From NCBI GenBank assembly GCA_963845755.1, contig CAWJTV010000036.1:416001-480000 (forward strand): 64,000 bases of DNA. Direction: 5' to 3'. Positions 45,601 through 61,054 of the stretch are shown piece after piece (position 1 is the first letter of the stretch; every line of letters starts with the position of its first letter). A model generated the notes under the pieces. The model made no database searches. It was not told the DNA's origin and saw only the letters and a program-made list of their open reading frames with translations. Made by a program: the position numbers and the translations under genes. The DNA comes from an uncultured Planctomycetota bacterium (GTDB taxonomy: Bacteria > Planctomycetota > Planctomycetia > Isosphaerales > Isosphaeraceae).

Positions 45601-46076
45601 CCACCATTGTCGGCGCTGCCGCCCGAGATCGTCAGACCTGACAAGCAGGCCGTGACCCCGCTATCGACCAGGAACACGCCCACGGCATTGTTGCCGCTGA
45701 TCGTCACCAGGCCGGAACCAGGTCCCTGGATCACCTCCGGCCCGGCGGATTCGGACAGCTCCAGCGTGCTCGACAGCGCGATGGTCGCCGGCGTGGCGAG
45801 ATCGAAATTGATGACGCTGCCGTCCGGATTCGTGTTGGCATTCGCCTGGCTGATGGCCCAGAGCAGGTCGCCCGACTGATCGCCCGTGTTGGTGTCGGTA
45901 CCCGAATTGGCTCCGATATCAGTCGTCAGATCGACCGTATAGTAGGTAGGATTGCCGGATAGCAGCGTTCGGCTTTCCAACCCCTCCGGCACCCAGACTC
46001 GCCGTCGGCGACGGGCACGGGCCTGATGTCGAGCTCGATCGGTCCAACGACGCAATGGGGAGAGACGAATTGACAT
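39696..46076 (-). CDS. Giant secreted protein: duplicated beta-helix/choice-of-anchor-Q units, Ig-like domains and a C-terminal S53 peptidase (frameshifts ~42600 and ~41115)
   Basis: EGLESRTLLS leader; GGGI/FSGN repeats; PTQTIALLxGSPAINAG...DQRG...DIGAFE twice; TATYSGD Ig-like; YTPAQIRDAYG, EEALDVEWAHA, STGD, GGTSLAAP. Confidence 0.85.
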
Positions 46077-46323
46077 GTTTAGAAATCCTTGAGATCGAGA
46101 GTCGGCGATTTCTGGAATCGATCAGGGCGGTAACACGAGACTCGCAATCGCGGCGCGTGGATCCGCATTTCCGGCGCGCAGACCGACGCGCCTTGACCCA
46201 TCGGACTCCTTTGCTTAAGGAGGCGATACGTCGTCGAGGAGGCCGGCGACCTCACACCCTCGAACTATGGTGCCGGCTCGGGTTTTCACGGGCGGGGCTC
46301 GACGATGAGCCCGGCGTTCCCAT

Positions 46324-49961
<3,638 letters not shown>

Positions 49962-49981
49962 CGCCGCCTCTCGATCGGCTT

Positions 49982-50043
49982 GTAGGGTGGGTGCAACCCA
50001 CCGATCTCAGATTGCGTCGATCGGTGGGTTGCACCCACCCTAC
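49982..50043. repeat. GTAG-type REP doublet
   Basis: Perfect 25-bp inverted repeat GTAGGGTGGGTGCAACCCACCGATC. Confidence 0.85.
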
Positions 50044-50064
50044 GAATTCAATTCTCGGCCAGGG

Positions 50065-50679
50065 TCATAACCGCCTCTCGATCAGGGGACGAAGCTTCTT
50101 AAGCGCCTGCGCCCAAAGCAATCGGACGGCCCCCGGGCTGCGGACCATGGCGCGGGCGACCTCCTCCCAGTCCCGGCCTTCCAGGGTCCGGAGCACGACC
50201 ACTTCCCGGTAGTCGGGGGCCAGCTCGGCCAGGGCGTCGGCCAGGATGATGCTCAGCTCACGCCGCTGGGCCGACTGGCTGGGCGAATGCCCGTTGGGAG
50301 TCACCAGCTCGAGCATCGCGTGCGACGAGGCGGCGAACGCGTCGTCCAGCGACTGTTCCCGTCCGACCGCCCGGGCACCGGCCGCCTTGAACCGGCGGAC
50401 CAGATCGGCCAGGTTCCGCGTCAGGATGCGTCGGAGCCAGGCGACCAGCTCCGCTTCGGTCCGGCCCTGGAACTGGTCGAAGTGCTGGTGGGCCTTGATC
50501 AGAGTCTCCTGGACGACGTCCGAGGGATCCGCCTTGCCTCGCAGCGAGGCATCAATCCCCGTACGGGCCAGCAGCCGCAAGTAATTGCGATACGATTCCA
50601 GCAGCCGGTCGAGGGCGCCCGGCGACTGGTGCCGCGCCTCCTCGATCAGCCGACCAATGATCGCGTCCCCGTTGACCAT
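50065..50679 (-). CDS. ECF sigma factor (planctomycete kinase-associated type)
   Basis: YRNYLRLLAR...DPSDVVQET...WLRRIL...SPSQSA...YREVVVLR. Confidence 0.9.
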   Translation of the reverse strand: MVNGDAIIGRLIEEARHQSPGALDRLLESYRNYLRLLARTGIDASLRGKADPSDVVQETLIKAHQHFDQFQGRTEAELVAWLRRILTRNLADLVRRFKAAGARAVGREQSLDDAFAASSHAMLELVTPNGHSPSQSAQRRELSIILADALAELAPDYREVVVLRTLEGRDWEEVARAMVRSPGAVRLLWAQALKKLRPLIERRL

Positions 50680-50939
50680 GGGCGGTCCCTCCTCGGACCA
50701 TCCCGGCTCGACCTCCGAAGTTGGTGCATCAGGATAATAGAGAGGACGCGATGATGATCCGAAATGCACGCGCAAAACCGATGGGAAAGACTTTTTTCGA
50801 GGAAGCGCCTCGAACGTGGCAGGAGAAGGCAAGTCCCGGAGAGCGAGTCGCTTTTTCTTGCGGTCCACGACTCGTCAGCGGACATCCTCGGCGGTGGGTC
50901 TCACGTCGCCGACAGTTTCGTTCGACCCACATGACACTC

Positions 50940-51599
50940 TCAGGCGGCAGGCCCGCCGCGCCGGCTGGCCCGGTCGAAGAGTTCTCGGAGCGGGATCAGC
51001 AAACCCGGAAGCATGTTGCCACCGTCGAGCGTCTGCGACTCGTCCAGGACGGTGAGTTGATCGGGGGACGTGTAGACCGTCACGGTCCGCTTCCGAGGGT
51101 CGATATACCAAACGAGTTGCGTGCCGGCCTCGAAGTATTCGTGAAGTTTCCGCTCCATCTCCCTGGGTGTGTTCGACTCGCTCAGGACCTCAACGGCCAG
51201 GTCCGGCGCGAGCAGCGGGATCGGCCTGGCCTTCTCCGGCAAGTGTTCCCACCTTACGAAGGAGACATCGGGGATGCGCACCAGCCCGGTCAGCAATCGC
51301 ATCATCCCGTCCGGTCCGGCGACTGTGCCGAGATCGTGCTCACGCGAGAACATAACCAATGCGGCAATCAACTCAACAGCCAGCCGCGATTCCTCATATC
51401 CCGTGGGTTTCTCCACCAGCGTGCCGTCGACAAGCTCGCACAGCCGTTTCTCCTTGGCATGGATGGCGATCACGTCGGCTTCCGTGGCCGTTCCTGGCCA
51501 CGGATGCATCCGGACGCGCTCGGGCGGGATATCGCCGAGCGCCTCCAACAGGTCGGCGACGGTCTCCACGGCGGGTGGGGCCAGAACGGCCAGGCTCAT
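50940..51599 (-). CDS. Uma2 family endonuclease
   Basis: ELVDGTLVEK...RIPDVSF...PDLAVEVLSESNT...YFEAG...VWYIDP. Confidence 0.92.
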   Translation of the reverse strand: MSLAVLAPPAVETVADLLEALGDIPPERVRMHPWPGTATEADVIAIHAKEKRLCELVDGTLVEKPTGYEESRLAVELIAALVMFSREHDLGTVAGPDGMMRLLTGLVRIPDVSFVRWEHLPEKARPIPLLAPDLAVEVLSESNTPREMERKLHEYFEAGTQLVWYIDPRKRTVTVYTSPDQLTVLDESQTLDGGNMLPGLLIPLRELFDRASRRGGPAA

Positions 51600-51632
51600 G
51601 GTGGTTCTCCCAAACGGTCAGGCGACGGGAAC

Positions 51633-51848
51633 TCACGCGCTGGCGGCGACCGGCGCCGGCTCGCTCGGGATCTCCCCGCGCCACTCGATGACGTAGCGGT
51701 TCTCGGCCGCGAACGCCTTGATCTCGGCCAGGGTCTGGGGGATCTCGATCCGCGAGGTCTCGCGGTACCATCCACTGCCGGACCGCTTCCAGCCGACTTC
51801 CTCACCGAACCACTGACCCTTGACGTAGTACACGATCAGGCACTTCAT
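51633..51848 (-). CDS. Small hypothetical protein
   Basis: MKCLIVYYVKGQWFGEEVGW...; RBS-like AGGGG; GC-rich third positions. Confidence 0.6.
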   Translation of the reverse strand: MKCLIVYYVKGQWFGEEVGWKRSGSGWYRETSRIEIPQTLAEIKAFAAENRYVIEWRGEIPSEPAPVAASA

Positions 51849-51898
51849 CCCCTGGTCTCCGAAGGTTACCGAATCCCATCGTAAGCGGTGATCGGGAA

Positions 51899-52114
51899 AG
51901 CCCCGGAGGGGCGTCAGAGCGTAGCCAGGGGCGTGAGCCCCTGGACCATCGGCCGAGTTCCCCGCGACCGTTCTTCGAGCCCCGGAGGGGCGACACAAGA
52001 CCCCGGTGCCTCAGGGTTTCTGTCGCCCCTCCGGGGCTTTTCGGGACGGGGAAGACGCTCCTCGTCCAGGGGCTCACGCCCCTGGCTACACTCTGACGCC
52101 CCCATTGGGGGGCT
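51899..52114. repeat. Nested palindromic REP/MITE-like element
   Basis: AGCCCCGGAGGGGCG twice plus inverse; GTAGCCAGGGGCGTGAGCCCCTGGA and inverse. Confidence 0.8.
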
Positions 52115-52216
52115 CAAGACGGCTTGCCGAACACCATTGTAAGTATGATACGGCATAGGCATTTGCTCGCCAAGCGAGCTTCCGTTCGTCCCGCAGTGGG
52201 GAAGGTGGCGCAGGCG

Positions 52217-53684
52217 TCAACCCTTGATCACGCCCACCGGCCGCAGCCGGGCGACCTTCTTGGAGATGCCGACCTTGTCGACGACATCCACCACATGATC
52301 GACGTCCTTGTAGGCGGCCGGCTGCTCCTCGGCCAGACCCTTGTGGCCCCGGGCGCGAGCGATGATGCCGATGGCGTTGAGCTCCCGATCAATCCGTCGG
52401 CCCGCCGCCAACTTGACTGCCGCGGTGCGGCTCATTAGCCGTCCGGCGCCGTGGCAGGTCGTGCCGAACGAGTGTTCCATACTGCCGAGCTGGCCGACCA
52501 GCACCCAGCTCGCCGTGCCCATGCTCCCGGGGATGATGACCGGCTGACCGATGGACATGTACGGCGGCGGAATCTCGGGGTGGCCCGGGGGGAATGCCCG
52601 CGTCGCCCCTTTGCGGTGCACGCAGACCTGCTTCGACACCCCGCGGCCGACGGTGTGCTCCTCGAACTTGGCGATGTTGTGCGCGACGTCGTAGACCAGT
52701 TCCATGCCCAGCTCGTCCCAGGACTTGCCGAAGACCCGGGCGAAGACCTCGCGCGCCTGGTGGGCCAGGAGCTGCCGGTTGCACCAGGCGAAATTGGCCG
52801 CCGCGCGCATCGCGCCCAGGTACGACTGACCTTCGGGGCTCCGCACCGGCGCAGGCGAGCTGCCAGTCCGGCAGATCGAAGCCGTATCGCTTCGGGGCGT
52901 TCTTGAACGTCGCCAGATGATCATCGCAGACCTGGTATCCCAGCCCGCGCGAGCCGGAGTGGATCAATACGGTGATCTGGCCCTCGCGCAGGCCCATCAC
53001 CTCGGCCGCCACAGGGTCGTGGATGCGATCCACGACCTGGACCTCGAGGAAATGGTTGCCCGAGCCGAGCGTCCCGCACTGATCGTAGCCGCGCGTGATG
53101 GCGCGATCGCTGACCCGCGACGGATCGGCCCCGTCGAGTCGTCCCCCGGCCTCGGTGAACTGGAGGTCGCGCTCGGTGCCATACCCTTCGTTCACCACGT
53201 AGGCGGATCCCTGCTCCATCAGCCGCGTCAACTTGGGCTTGTCGAAGAGGTACTTCCCGCTCTGGCCAACGCCCGTTGGGATGTCGCGGAAGAGCTGTTC
53301 CACCAGCGGCCTGATGCGGTCTTTCGCCTCGCTCCATTGAAGCTCGGTGCGCAGCAACCGGACGCCGCAGTTGATGTCGTAGCCGACGCCGCCGGGCGAG
53401 ATGACTCCGCCTTCTTCGGGGTCGGTCGCCGCCACGCCGCCGATGCAGAATCCATATCCCCAGTGGATATCCGGCATGGCCAGGCTGGCCATCTGGATGC
53501 CAGGCAGCGTGGCCACGTTGGCCACCTGTTCGGGGCCCTGGTCCTTCTTGATCTGCTCGATCAGGGTCTCGTCGGCGAAGATGATGCCGTCGACCCGCAT
53601 GTCCGGGCGGTAGCTCTTCGGGATTCGCCACTGATATGGGCCGATCGGCTCCAGCGGCCCGGTATATCCGCTCTTCTGGCTCAT
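52217..53684 (-). CDS. rtcB: RtcB RNA ligase (frameshift ~52845)
   Basis: [58 protein letters not shown]. Confidence 0.92.
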
Positions 53685-53731
53685 CGTCTTCGGCTCCTGA
53701 CCTTGGTCCGGCACGCATCACGCCGGCAAGA

Positions 53732-53794
53732 GCGTAGGTCAGGCTTTCCAGCCTGACGTCTCCGGAGAGTCAGGCTGGAAAGCCTGACCTACGC
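53732..53794. repeat. GTAG-type REP doublet (second family)
   Basis: Perfect 26-bp inverted repeat GCGTAGGTCAGGCTTTCCAGCCTGAC. Confidence 0.85.
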
Positions 53795-53974
53795 GAGGCT
53801 CTGTGTTGCCGGGATCGTCGTCGTTGCGGTTTCCTCCCATCATAACCAGAGCGCGACACCAAAGCGCGGGTACGGGTTCACCGATCAAGGGCCGGTCCTT
53901 GCCGGGTCCTGGAGGAGCCTCTATCATGCAAGGATCGGGGAAACCATCCGAGTCTTTTCGGAAGGAGCAATATC

Positions 53975-54412
53975 ATGCCAGCCCGAGGAGCCAACGGAGT
54001 GGGACGATTCCACGTCGAGATCGAGGTTGCCAACTACGGAGACCTCATCCGGGCTCAAGACGGCACCCGGCCGCCGGACCAGGTTCGCCGTGAAAAGATC
54101 CAGGGCATGGTCGACACGGGGGCGACGCAGTTGGTGCTGCCCGAGGCCGTCGTGAAACGGCTGGGTCTCCCGTTGGGCAGCTCGGTCAATGTGCGGTATG
54201 CCGACGGCCGCAAGGCCCGTCGCCGAAGAGTCAATGGGGTCTCCGTCCAGCTCCTGGGACGCGATGGCGTGTTCACGGCCATCTGCGAGCCGAAACGCGA
54301 GACGGCCCTCGTGGGAGCGATCGTGCTCGAAGACCTCGACCTGCTGGTCAACTGCGTGGCCCAGCAAGTCGTCCCCCGCGATCCCAGCGGTGCGACTTAC
54401 GAGATTGAATGA
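53975..54412 (+). CDS. Clan AA (retropepsin-like) aspartic protease
   Basis: MVDTGAT...YADG...LVGAIVLEDLDL. Confidence 0.85.
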   Translation: MPARGANGVGRFHVEIEVANYGDLIRAQDGTRPPDQVRREKIQGMVDTGATQLVLPEAVVKRLGLPLGSSVNVRYADGRKARRRRVNGVSVQLLGRDGVFTAICEPKRETALVGAIVLEDLDLLVNCVAQQVVPRDPSGATYEIE

Positions 54413-54417
54413 TCGAT

Positions 54418-57205
54418 TCAACCGGTCGGCGCGACGTTTCTCAGCGCCTGGGCCAGGACCAATCCGGTCGGCGTCGCGGTCCGGGCGACGTCTTCCGGCG
54501 TCCCCGTCGCGACGACCCGGCCGCCATCCGCTCCCGAGCCGGGGCCGAGGTCGATGATCCAATCCGCGGAGAGCATGACCGCCGGGCTGTGCGTGATCGC
54601 GATCACCGAATGGCCGCGATCGACCAGGGCGTTCAGCGCCTCGAGTAGTTTCAGGACGTCGAGGGGATGAAGGCCGGCGGTCGGCTCGTCGAGGAGGAAC
54701 AGGGTGTGCGGGGCCGCAGCGGCGCGGCGGAGCGCGGCCAGCGATCGGCCCAGGAAGCTCGCCAGTTTCAGCCGCTGTGCCTCGCCTCCCGAGAGCGTCG
54801 AGGCCGGCTGGCCCAGCTTCAGGTAGTCGAGGCCGATGTCGAGCAACGGACGGAGCCTCGATTGGATCCTCGGCCGGTGTCGGAAGAATCCAAAAGCCTC
54901 CCGCGCCGTGAGGTCGAGGACCTCGGCAATGTTCCGGCCGCGGTAGGTAACCTCCAGCACTTCGGGTCGATAGCGCGTGCCCCGACATTCGGGGCATCGG
55001 ATCATCACATCGGGGAGGAATTGCATATCGATGGTCTGGAATCCGCCCCCCTGGCAGGCATTGCAGCGGCCCCCTTCGACGTTGAAACTAAACTTCCCCG
55101 CGTCGTAGTTCCGCAGCCTGGCTTCGTGGGTCGCGGCGAAGGTCTTGCGGATCTCGTCGAAGATCTTGAGGGACGTCACCGGGTTCGACCGGGCGGACCG
55201 TGACAGCGGCGATTGATCCAGGAAGACGGCTTCGGCGAGATGATCGATTCCCGTCAGGTCATCGAATCCCCCGGCGATCGCGGCCTCGCCGGCAAGCCGG
55301 TATCGGAGGGCCGGGTACAGCGTCTCCGCGACGAGAGTGCTCTTGCCCGCCCCGCTGACGCCCGTCACGGCGCCGAGGACTCCCAGCGGGAAAGTCACGT
55401 CGATCGACTTGAGGTTGTTGCCGCGGGCACCGGTCAGCGTGACCGCTCGTCCTGTGACCGGACGCCGGGACGCGGGGATGAGCGCACGCCGCCGACCGCT
55501 CAGGAAGTCGGCCGTCGCCGATCCCTCCGCATTGGCGAAGTCCGCGATCGGCCCGGAGAAGAGCAGACGGCCGCCGGCCTCGCCGGCGCCGGGGCCCAGG
55601 TCAACCACATGATCCGATGCGCGGATCACCGCGGCATCGTGCTCGACGACCACCAGGGTATTGCCGCGGTCGCGGAGGCGCCCGAGGGCCGACGTCAGCC
55701 GGCCGACTTCATGCGGGTGAAGGCCGATCGTGGGCTCGTCGAGCATGTAGAGCGTGTTGACCAGTCCCGAGCCCAGCGCCTTGGTCAGGACGACCCGCTG
55801 GAGCTCGCCCCCCGACAGGCTGCGTGCCGCGCGGTCGAGGGTCAGGTAATCCAGCCCGATCTCGGCGAGGTAGGCCAGGCGGTTCTCCACCTGGGCGAGG
55901 AGTGTGGCGGCTACCGGCTGGTGGCGGAGCGCATCGAGTCCGGACAGGAAGGTTCGGGCTTCGCGGATCGTCAGCGCCGAGAGCTCGGCGATATTTCGCC
56001 CCGCGATCCGGACGGCCAGCGCTTCGGGACGCAGCCGCGCCCCATGGCATGCCGGACAGCTCTGGTAGCGCCTCCACCGGCCGAGGAAGACCCGGACGTG
56101 CGGTTTGAACGCCTGACGCTCGAGCGCGCGAACGAAGCCCTTCAGGCCCGCGAACCCCGATTCCGGGACGCCTTCGACGAGCCGCCGGACCTTTTCGGCG
56201 CCAGTTCTCGAAACGGGACGTCGACCGGGATGTCGATCTGGGAAGCGGCATCGAGCAATTCCTGGAGATAGCCCCGATAGCCGGCCGAGGTCCAGGGCGC
56301 GATCGCGCCTTCGCGGATCGTCCGGGAATCGTCGGGGACGATGCGAGCCAGGTCGAGCTCGGTCGTCTGGCCCACTCCTTCACAGATGCGGCATGCTCCC
56401 AGGGGGCCGTTGAACCGGAACAGGTTTGGTTGCGGTTCGAGGTGGTCGGTCCCGCATCGGCTGCATCGCCAGCCCCGGACGTAGGTCCACGACGCGGGAT
56501 CGGCCAGGATCCGGCAACGGCCCAGCCCCTTGACGAAGGCCGATTCGATCGAATCGGTCCGGCGCCCGGGGGATCCTTGCCCCGAACCAGCCGATCCACG
56601 ATCACATCGACCGACGCGACGCCAGGGAGCGTCACGCCCGGCTCATCGAGCCGGATGACCTGCCCGGCCGAGGCGATGCGCGCGAACCCCTCGGCGCAGA
56701 GCGAATTCACGAGCGCCGGTCGATCGGTCTCCGGGCGAAGATCGAGCGGGAAGGCGATCTCGTAACGGGTCCCATCCGGGAGCGAGTCGATGGCCCGCGA
56801 GACGGTCCCGGGCGTGGCAGGACTCACCGGCTCGCCACATTGGCGGCAGGACACGGCCCCGGCGCGCGCGTAGAGGAGCCCGAGCGCGTCATGGACCTCA
56901 GTGATCGTGCCCACCGTGCTGCGGCCCGAGTGCCGGCCATGCGCCGGGACGACCGCGATGGCCGGAGGAATCCCCTCGATCCGGTCTGCATCGGGTTTGT
57001 CCAGCTTCTCGAGGAATTGTCGCGTGTACGCCGAAAAGGTCTCGACGTAGCGGCGCTGGCCCTCCGCGTAGATCGTGTCGAACGCCAGCGAGCTCTTGCC
57101 CGAGCCGCTGACGCCCGTCACGGCGATCCAGCGATTCAGGGGCAGATCGAGGTCAATCCCCTTGAGGTTGTGGGTGCGAACGCCTGTCAGTCTCATGGTG
57201 TTCAT
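54418..57205 (-). CDS. uvrA: UvrA-family ABC ATPase (frameshifts ~56560 and ~56190)
   Basis: [62 protein letters not shown]. Confidence 0.85.
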
Positions 57206-57362
57206 AGTAGTCAGGGCGTAGTAGTCAGTAGTCAGTAGTCAGAAAAGGCAAAGTCTGACGACGATGGACTTCTCGGATGGAAGGTTGGAGGGTTCACTTG
57301 AGTCCTTCTACCGAGTGCTAACAACCAACTACTGATCACTGACTACTGACCACTGACTACTG
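57206..57362. repeat. Inverted heptamer (GTAGTCA) tandem-repeat hairpin
   Basis: GTAGTCAGTAGTCAGTAGTCAG ... CTACTGATCACTGACTACTGACCACTGACTACTG. Confidence 0.85.
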
Positions 57363-57369
57363 AAAAAAA

Positions 57370-59212
57370 TCACGGCCCCGAGCGCCTCAGGGTGAAGCCG
57401 GTCATGAGGAAACCATCATCATCCATCTGGCTGTAGCCGCCGGTTGCGCCCAGGTACTTGGCCACGACGGAGAAATCGGGGAGCTTCTCGGTGGCAATGA
57501 TCTTTCCGATGGGGGGGATTTGCTCTTGCCGCGGCCCGCGGGGCCCGCCCATGGCCTGGCCGATGGCCTTGTCGATCTGGCCGGTCTTGACGAGCTCATA
57601 GGTAAGGCGGGCCGACTCGTCGCGCCGGACGTACGACATCGCGCTGACGCGTTCGGGGATCTCCTTGACGATCGATTGGAAGCTGGCGTTATCGCTCAGG
57701 CTCGCGTTGCCCGGCCGGAGTATCTGCTCCAGCAAGGTCGTATCGCTGGTCACGAAGAACGTGTCCTTGGCGATGGCGAAACTGATCGATCGGAGCGGCA
57801 TGTTGCCACCGTTGGGCTGGGGGAGGTTCGGCATATCGACGTCGTAGATCGTGGTGCCCTGGAACTCCCGTTTCCGGGGTGCGGCCTGAACGATCTCGAA
57901 GATGCGGTTCAGCGTGTTCTGGAACGTACGGGTATCGTCCAGGGCGACGCCCAGGAGCATGCGCTGGCTGTCCTCCTTGATCGGCTTCTTGAAGTCGGTG
58001 ACCAGGGTAATCCGATTGCCGAGCGGCCCGAATAAGTCCTTCTGGAAACTGAGCGGTTGGCCGCCGTTGGGGCCGACCAACTGCTGCTCGAGGATGTTGA
58101 GCATGCCGAGCTGGAAGTTGTTGACGACCTCGTTGATCGCCTCGTAGGCGTTGTCGAGGTCCCAGCTCATGGTCTGGTAGGAGGCGACGGTCGCGGGGAC
58201 CCACGACTCGGGCCGCAGGCCCGCCGGCGGGAACGAGAAGATCTTGAGCAGGCCCTGGACCGGCTTGGGCGCGAGGAACAAGGTCTTGCTCAGGCTGTCG
58301 TAGTTTCCGGTCCCGAGGGTGAAGCAGCCGCCGGCCGACTTGAGGCCCTTGAGGCCCAGGGTCTCGACCAGGACCTCGCTCTGCTGGGCCTGGCCGTCGT
58401 TCCCCCGCGCCGGCCTTGATCACCAACTGGACGAGCTTGGCGAAGTCGAGGAACCAGATCACCTGGGCCTTGGCGGAATCGGTCCGGGCCTGCGTCTTGG
58501 CGAAGGACTCGTTGGCGGCCAGTGCGTTGTCGCGCCCTTCGCGATGGGCGGTCAGGTCCTTGACGACCTCGACGTCGCTGCCGAAGAAGAAGACGCCCTC
58601 GGCCTGGGTCCAGACCACCGGGGGAGTCGGCGTGGACTTGTCCTCATCCTTCTCCTTTTCCTTCTCCTTTGGTTTTTCCTCGTCCTTCGGGGAGAGGTGG
58701 ACGACGTGTAGTGTCAGGCCGTTGAAGGTTTCCTGGGAGACCTTGGCCCCGGCATCCTCGGCCTGTTTGGTCGCGCGGGTCAAGACATCGGCCATCTTCT
58801 CCTTGTTCTCACCGGCGTCGGCCAGGACCGCGATGGCGACGGGCAGCTTGGGATCGTCGCGGGTCACGGCGGCGATGGCCAACGAGCCTTGAGGCAGCTC
58901 CAGGAGCTCCTTCAGGGACAGGCCCACCCTCTCCTTGAGGACCTTGGTCGCATCGTCGATCTTCTGGACCAGATCGTCCTTGAAGTCCTTCATGGCCGGA
59001 TCGTTCCAGAGCTGCCCGTAGTGGCTGGCGCGGAACGATTCGCGGAAGTTCTTGACGTCGTTCAACTTGAGCAAGAAGACGGTGGAATCGGGGAGGACGC
59101 GTTCCGGGGGTGCGGCCGCGTGTGCCGGCGACAGGGGCAGGACCGCCCCGCCGAAGAGTGCCAGCCATCCGATCAGGGCCAAGCGACGAATCGCCCGCTT
59201 CGCCGTATCCAT
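57370..59212 (-). CDS. Secreted hypothetical protein, DUF3352-like (frameshift ~58400)
   Basis: Signal peptide ending AHA-AAPPERVLPDST; continuous coding signal across two ORFs. Confidence 0.7.
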
Positions 59213-59300
59213 CAGAAAACACTCCATTGGTTCGAGGCACCCTCGGCTCACCGGCGGAGGGACGGATTGAGCTGGCCGCCGACACCCGGGCCGGGGCCTA

Positions 59301-60565
59301 TCAGTTGACACCAAGCTCCAAGCCTGGGTCCTCGCCGACGGTGACCGGCGTGACTTCCGATCCCTCATTCATTCCGATCCGAGATTCTGTGTCGAAGCGA
59401 GGTCCGAGACCGCTATCGGGTCTCCTCGTTTCGGCCGTCCTTCCGGGACGGCGTTCCGGCGGGCTTCGCCGCGCCTGGGTGCGGCCGGGGTGGTCCTTCA
59501 GTCCCTCGGGCTGGCTGGCGATGAGCCGGCGCGGCGGATCGACATAACGATAACCGGTGTTGGGATTGGCCTTGTCGAAGGAGAACGCCTCGCGATGATG
59601 GAGGAATTGCTTGACGTAAGTGACCGGGATCGCGAAGCCCAGATTATCGGCCATGGCGGCATGAGCCCCGCGGCTGTTGACCCCGATGACCTCGCCGCGC
59701 TGGTTGAACAGCGGGCCGCCCGAATTCCCAGGGTTGATCGCCGCGTCGGTCTGGAGAAAGATCTGGCCCTCGATATCCCGGCTCCGATTGCTCACGATTC
59801 CCTGGGTTACCGTGCGCTCCAGACCCAGCGGGTTGCCGACCGCGAAGACCAGATCGCCCGGGTTGATATCCTCACCAGTACCCAGGACGACATGGCTAGG
59901 TTTCACTCCCGCCGGCAGCGGGAGCTTGAGCAGGGCCAGGTCGAAGAACGGGTTCAAGGCGACGATCTCGACGTCCTCGATCCGCCGGCGCACCAGACCC
60001 CCCGGAGCGTTCATGTACAGGATCGCCGAGACCCGGGTCTCCCCCTGGATGACGTGGGCGTTGGTGATCGCAAATCCGTCGTTGTTGATGAGGAAGCCGG
60101 AGCCCTTGCCGGAAGGCGTCTCGATCGAGATCACCGCCTCGCCGTACTGGTTGACCAGCTCCTTGACTCCCGAGGCCTTCAGGACTCCGGTGGTATAAAA
60201 GCCGGAGTTGTCGAGCTCGGCGGCGCGCACGGTCCTCGGGGTGCCGAATCCGCCTCCTCAACCTTGGCCCGGCGGAGTACCTGATCGCGCGGAATCCGCA
60301 GCAAATCGTAGCCCAGGTCCACGTACAAGGCGGTCGCCTTCTCGGCGACGACCTCGCCGGTGACGCGCTGACCGTCCTTGAGAAACACCGTCTCAAAACC
60401 CGCCGCCACCGCCATCCGGCACGTCAGTAGGCCCAAGACGCCTATCGCCGCAACGTTGCAAACTAAACGCACGTACAAGTCCGTCCCTCCGGCTCTGGCG
60501 AGTCCCGTCCTCTGGCTTCTTTGGTAAAATCTCCTCCATTGTAAAAACCGTTTCATTCCTTTCAA
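59301..60565 (-). CDS. S1C trypsin-like serine protease (frameshift ~60235; start uncertain)
   Basis: GSGF, TNAHV, DLALLK, GNPLGL, QTDAAINPGNSGGPL. Confidence 0.88.
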
Positions 60566-60768
60566 CCCTGGCTGTCACGTTCTCACCACCACTCCGCCCG
60601 GCTGGCCCAATTTGTTGATCGCCTCGCGAGGGATTACCGAGGTAAAATGGATTGGGTGATGGACTCAGAGGTCGTCGAGAATTCCTCCCGGCCCCGCGCA
60701 GAGAGTTGCTGGAACCGATTCTCGGCTTGACGATTCCGGTGAATCCCGGCTACTTATGGAAGAACAGA

Positions 60769-60900
60769 GAGGGTGTGAAAGAACTCGGATCGAAGATTCC
60801 AAATTCAAAGTTCAATAATCGTAGAGTTCGATGCAGGCTTGGCTTACATCCATTATTGAATCTTGAATCTGTGATTCCGATTCGATTGTTTCACAGCCTC
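60769..60900. repeat. MITE-like element enclosing an inverted heptamer hairpin
   Basis: TIR GAGGGTGTGAAAGAA / TTGTTTCACAGCCTC (2 mismatches); inner AAATTCAAAGTTCAATAAT ... ATTATTGAATCTTGAATCT. Confidence 0.55.
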
Positions 60901-61054
60901 GGAGCCGAACTCGTTCGTCACCTCTTCTCACTTTCGGCTTCTCGGCTCATCGTCCGACCAGCCAACTCATTCGCTCACCCAAGCTTGGGGAGATGTTCTC
61001 GTGTCCAGTTCTAACTGGCGAGTGGGCTATTGGCCCACCACAATTTTGTCTCGA

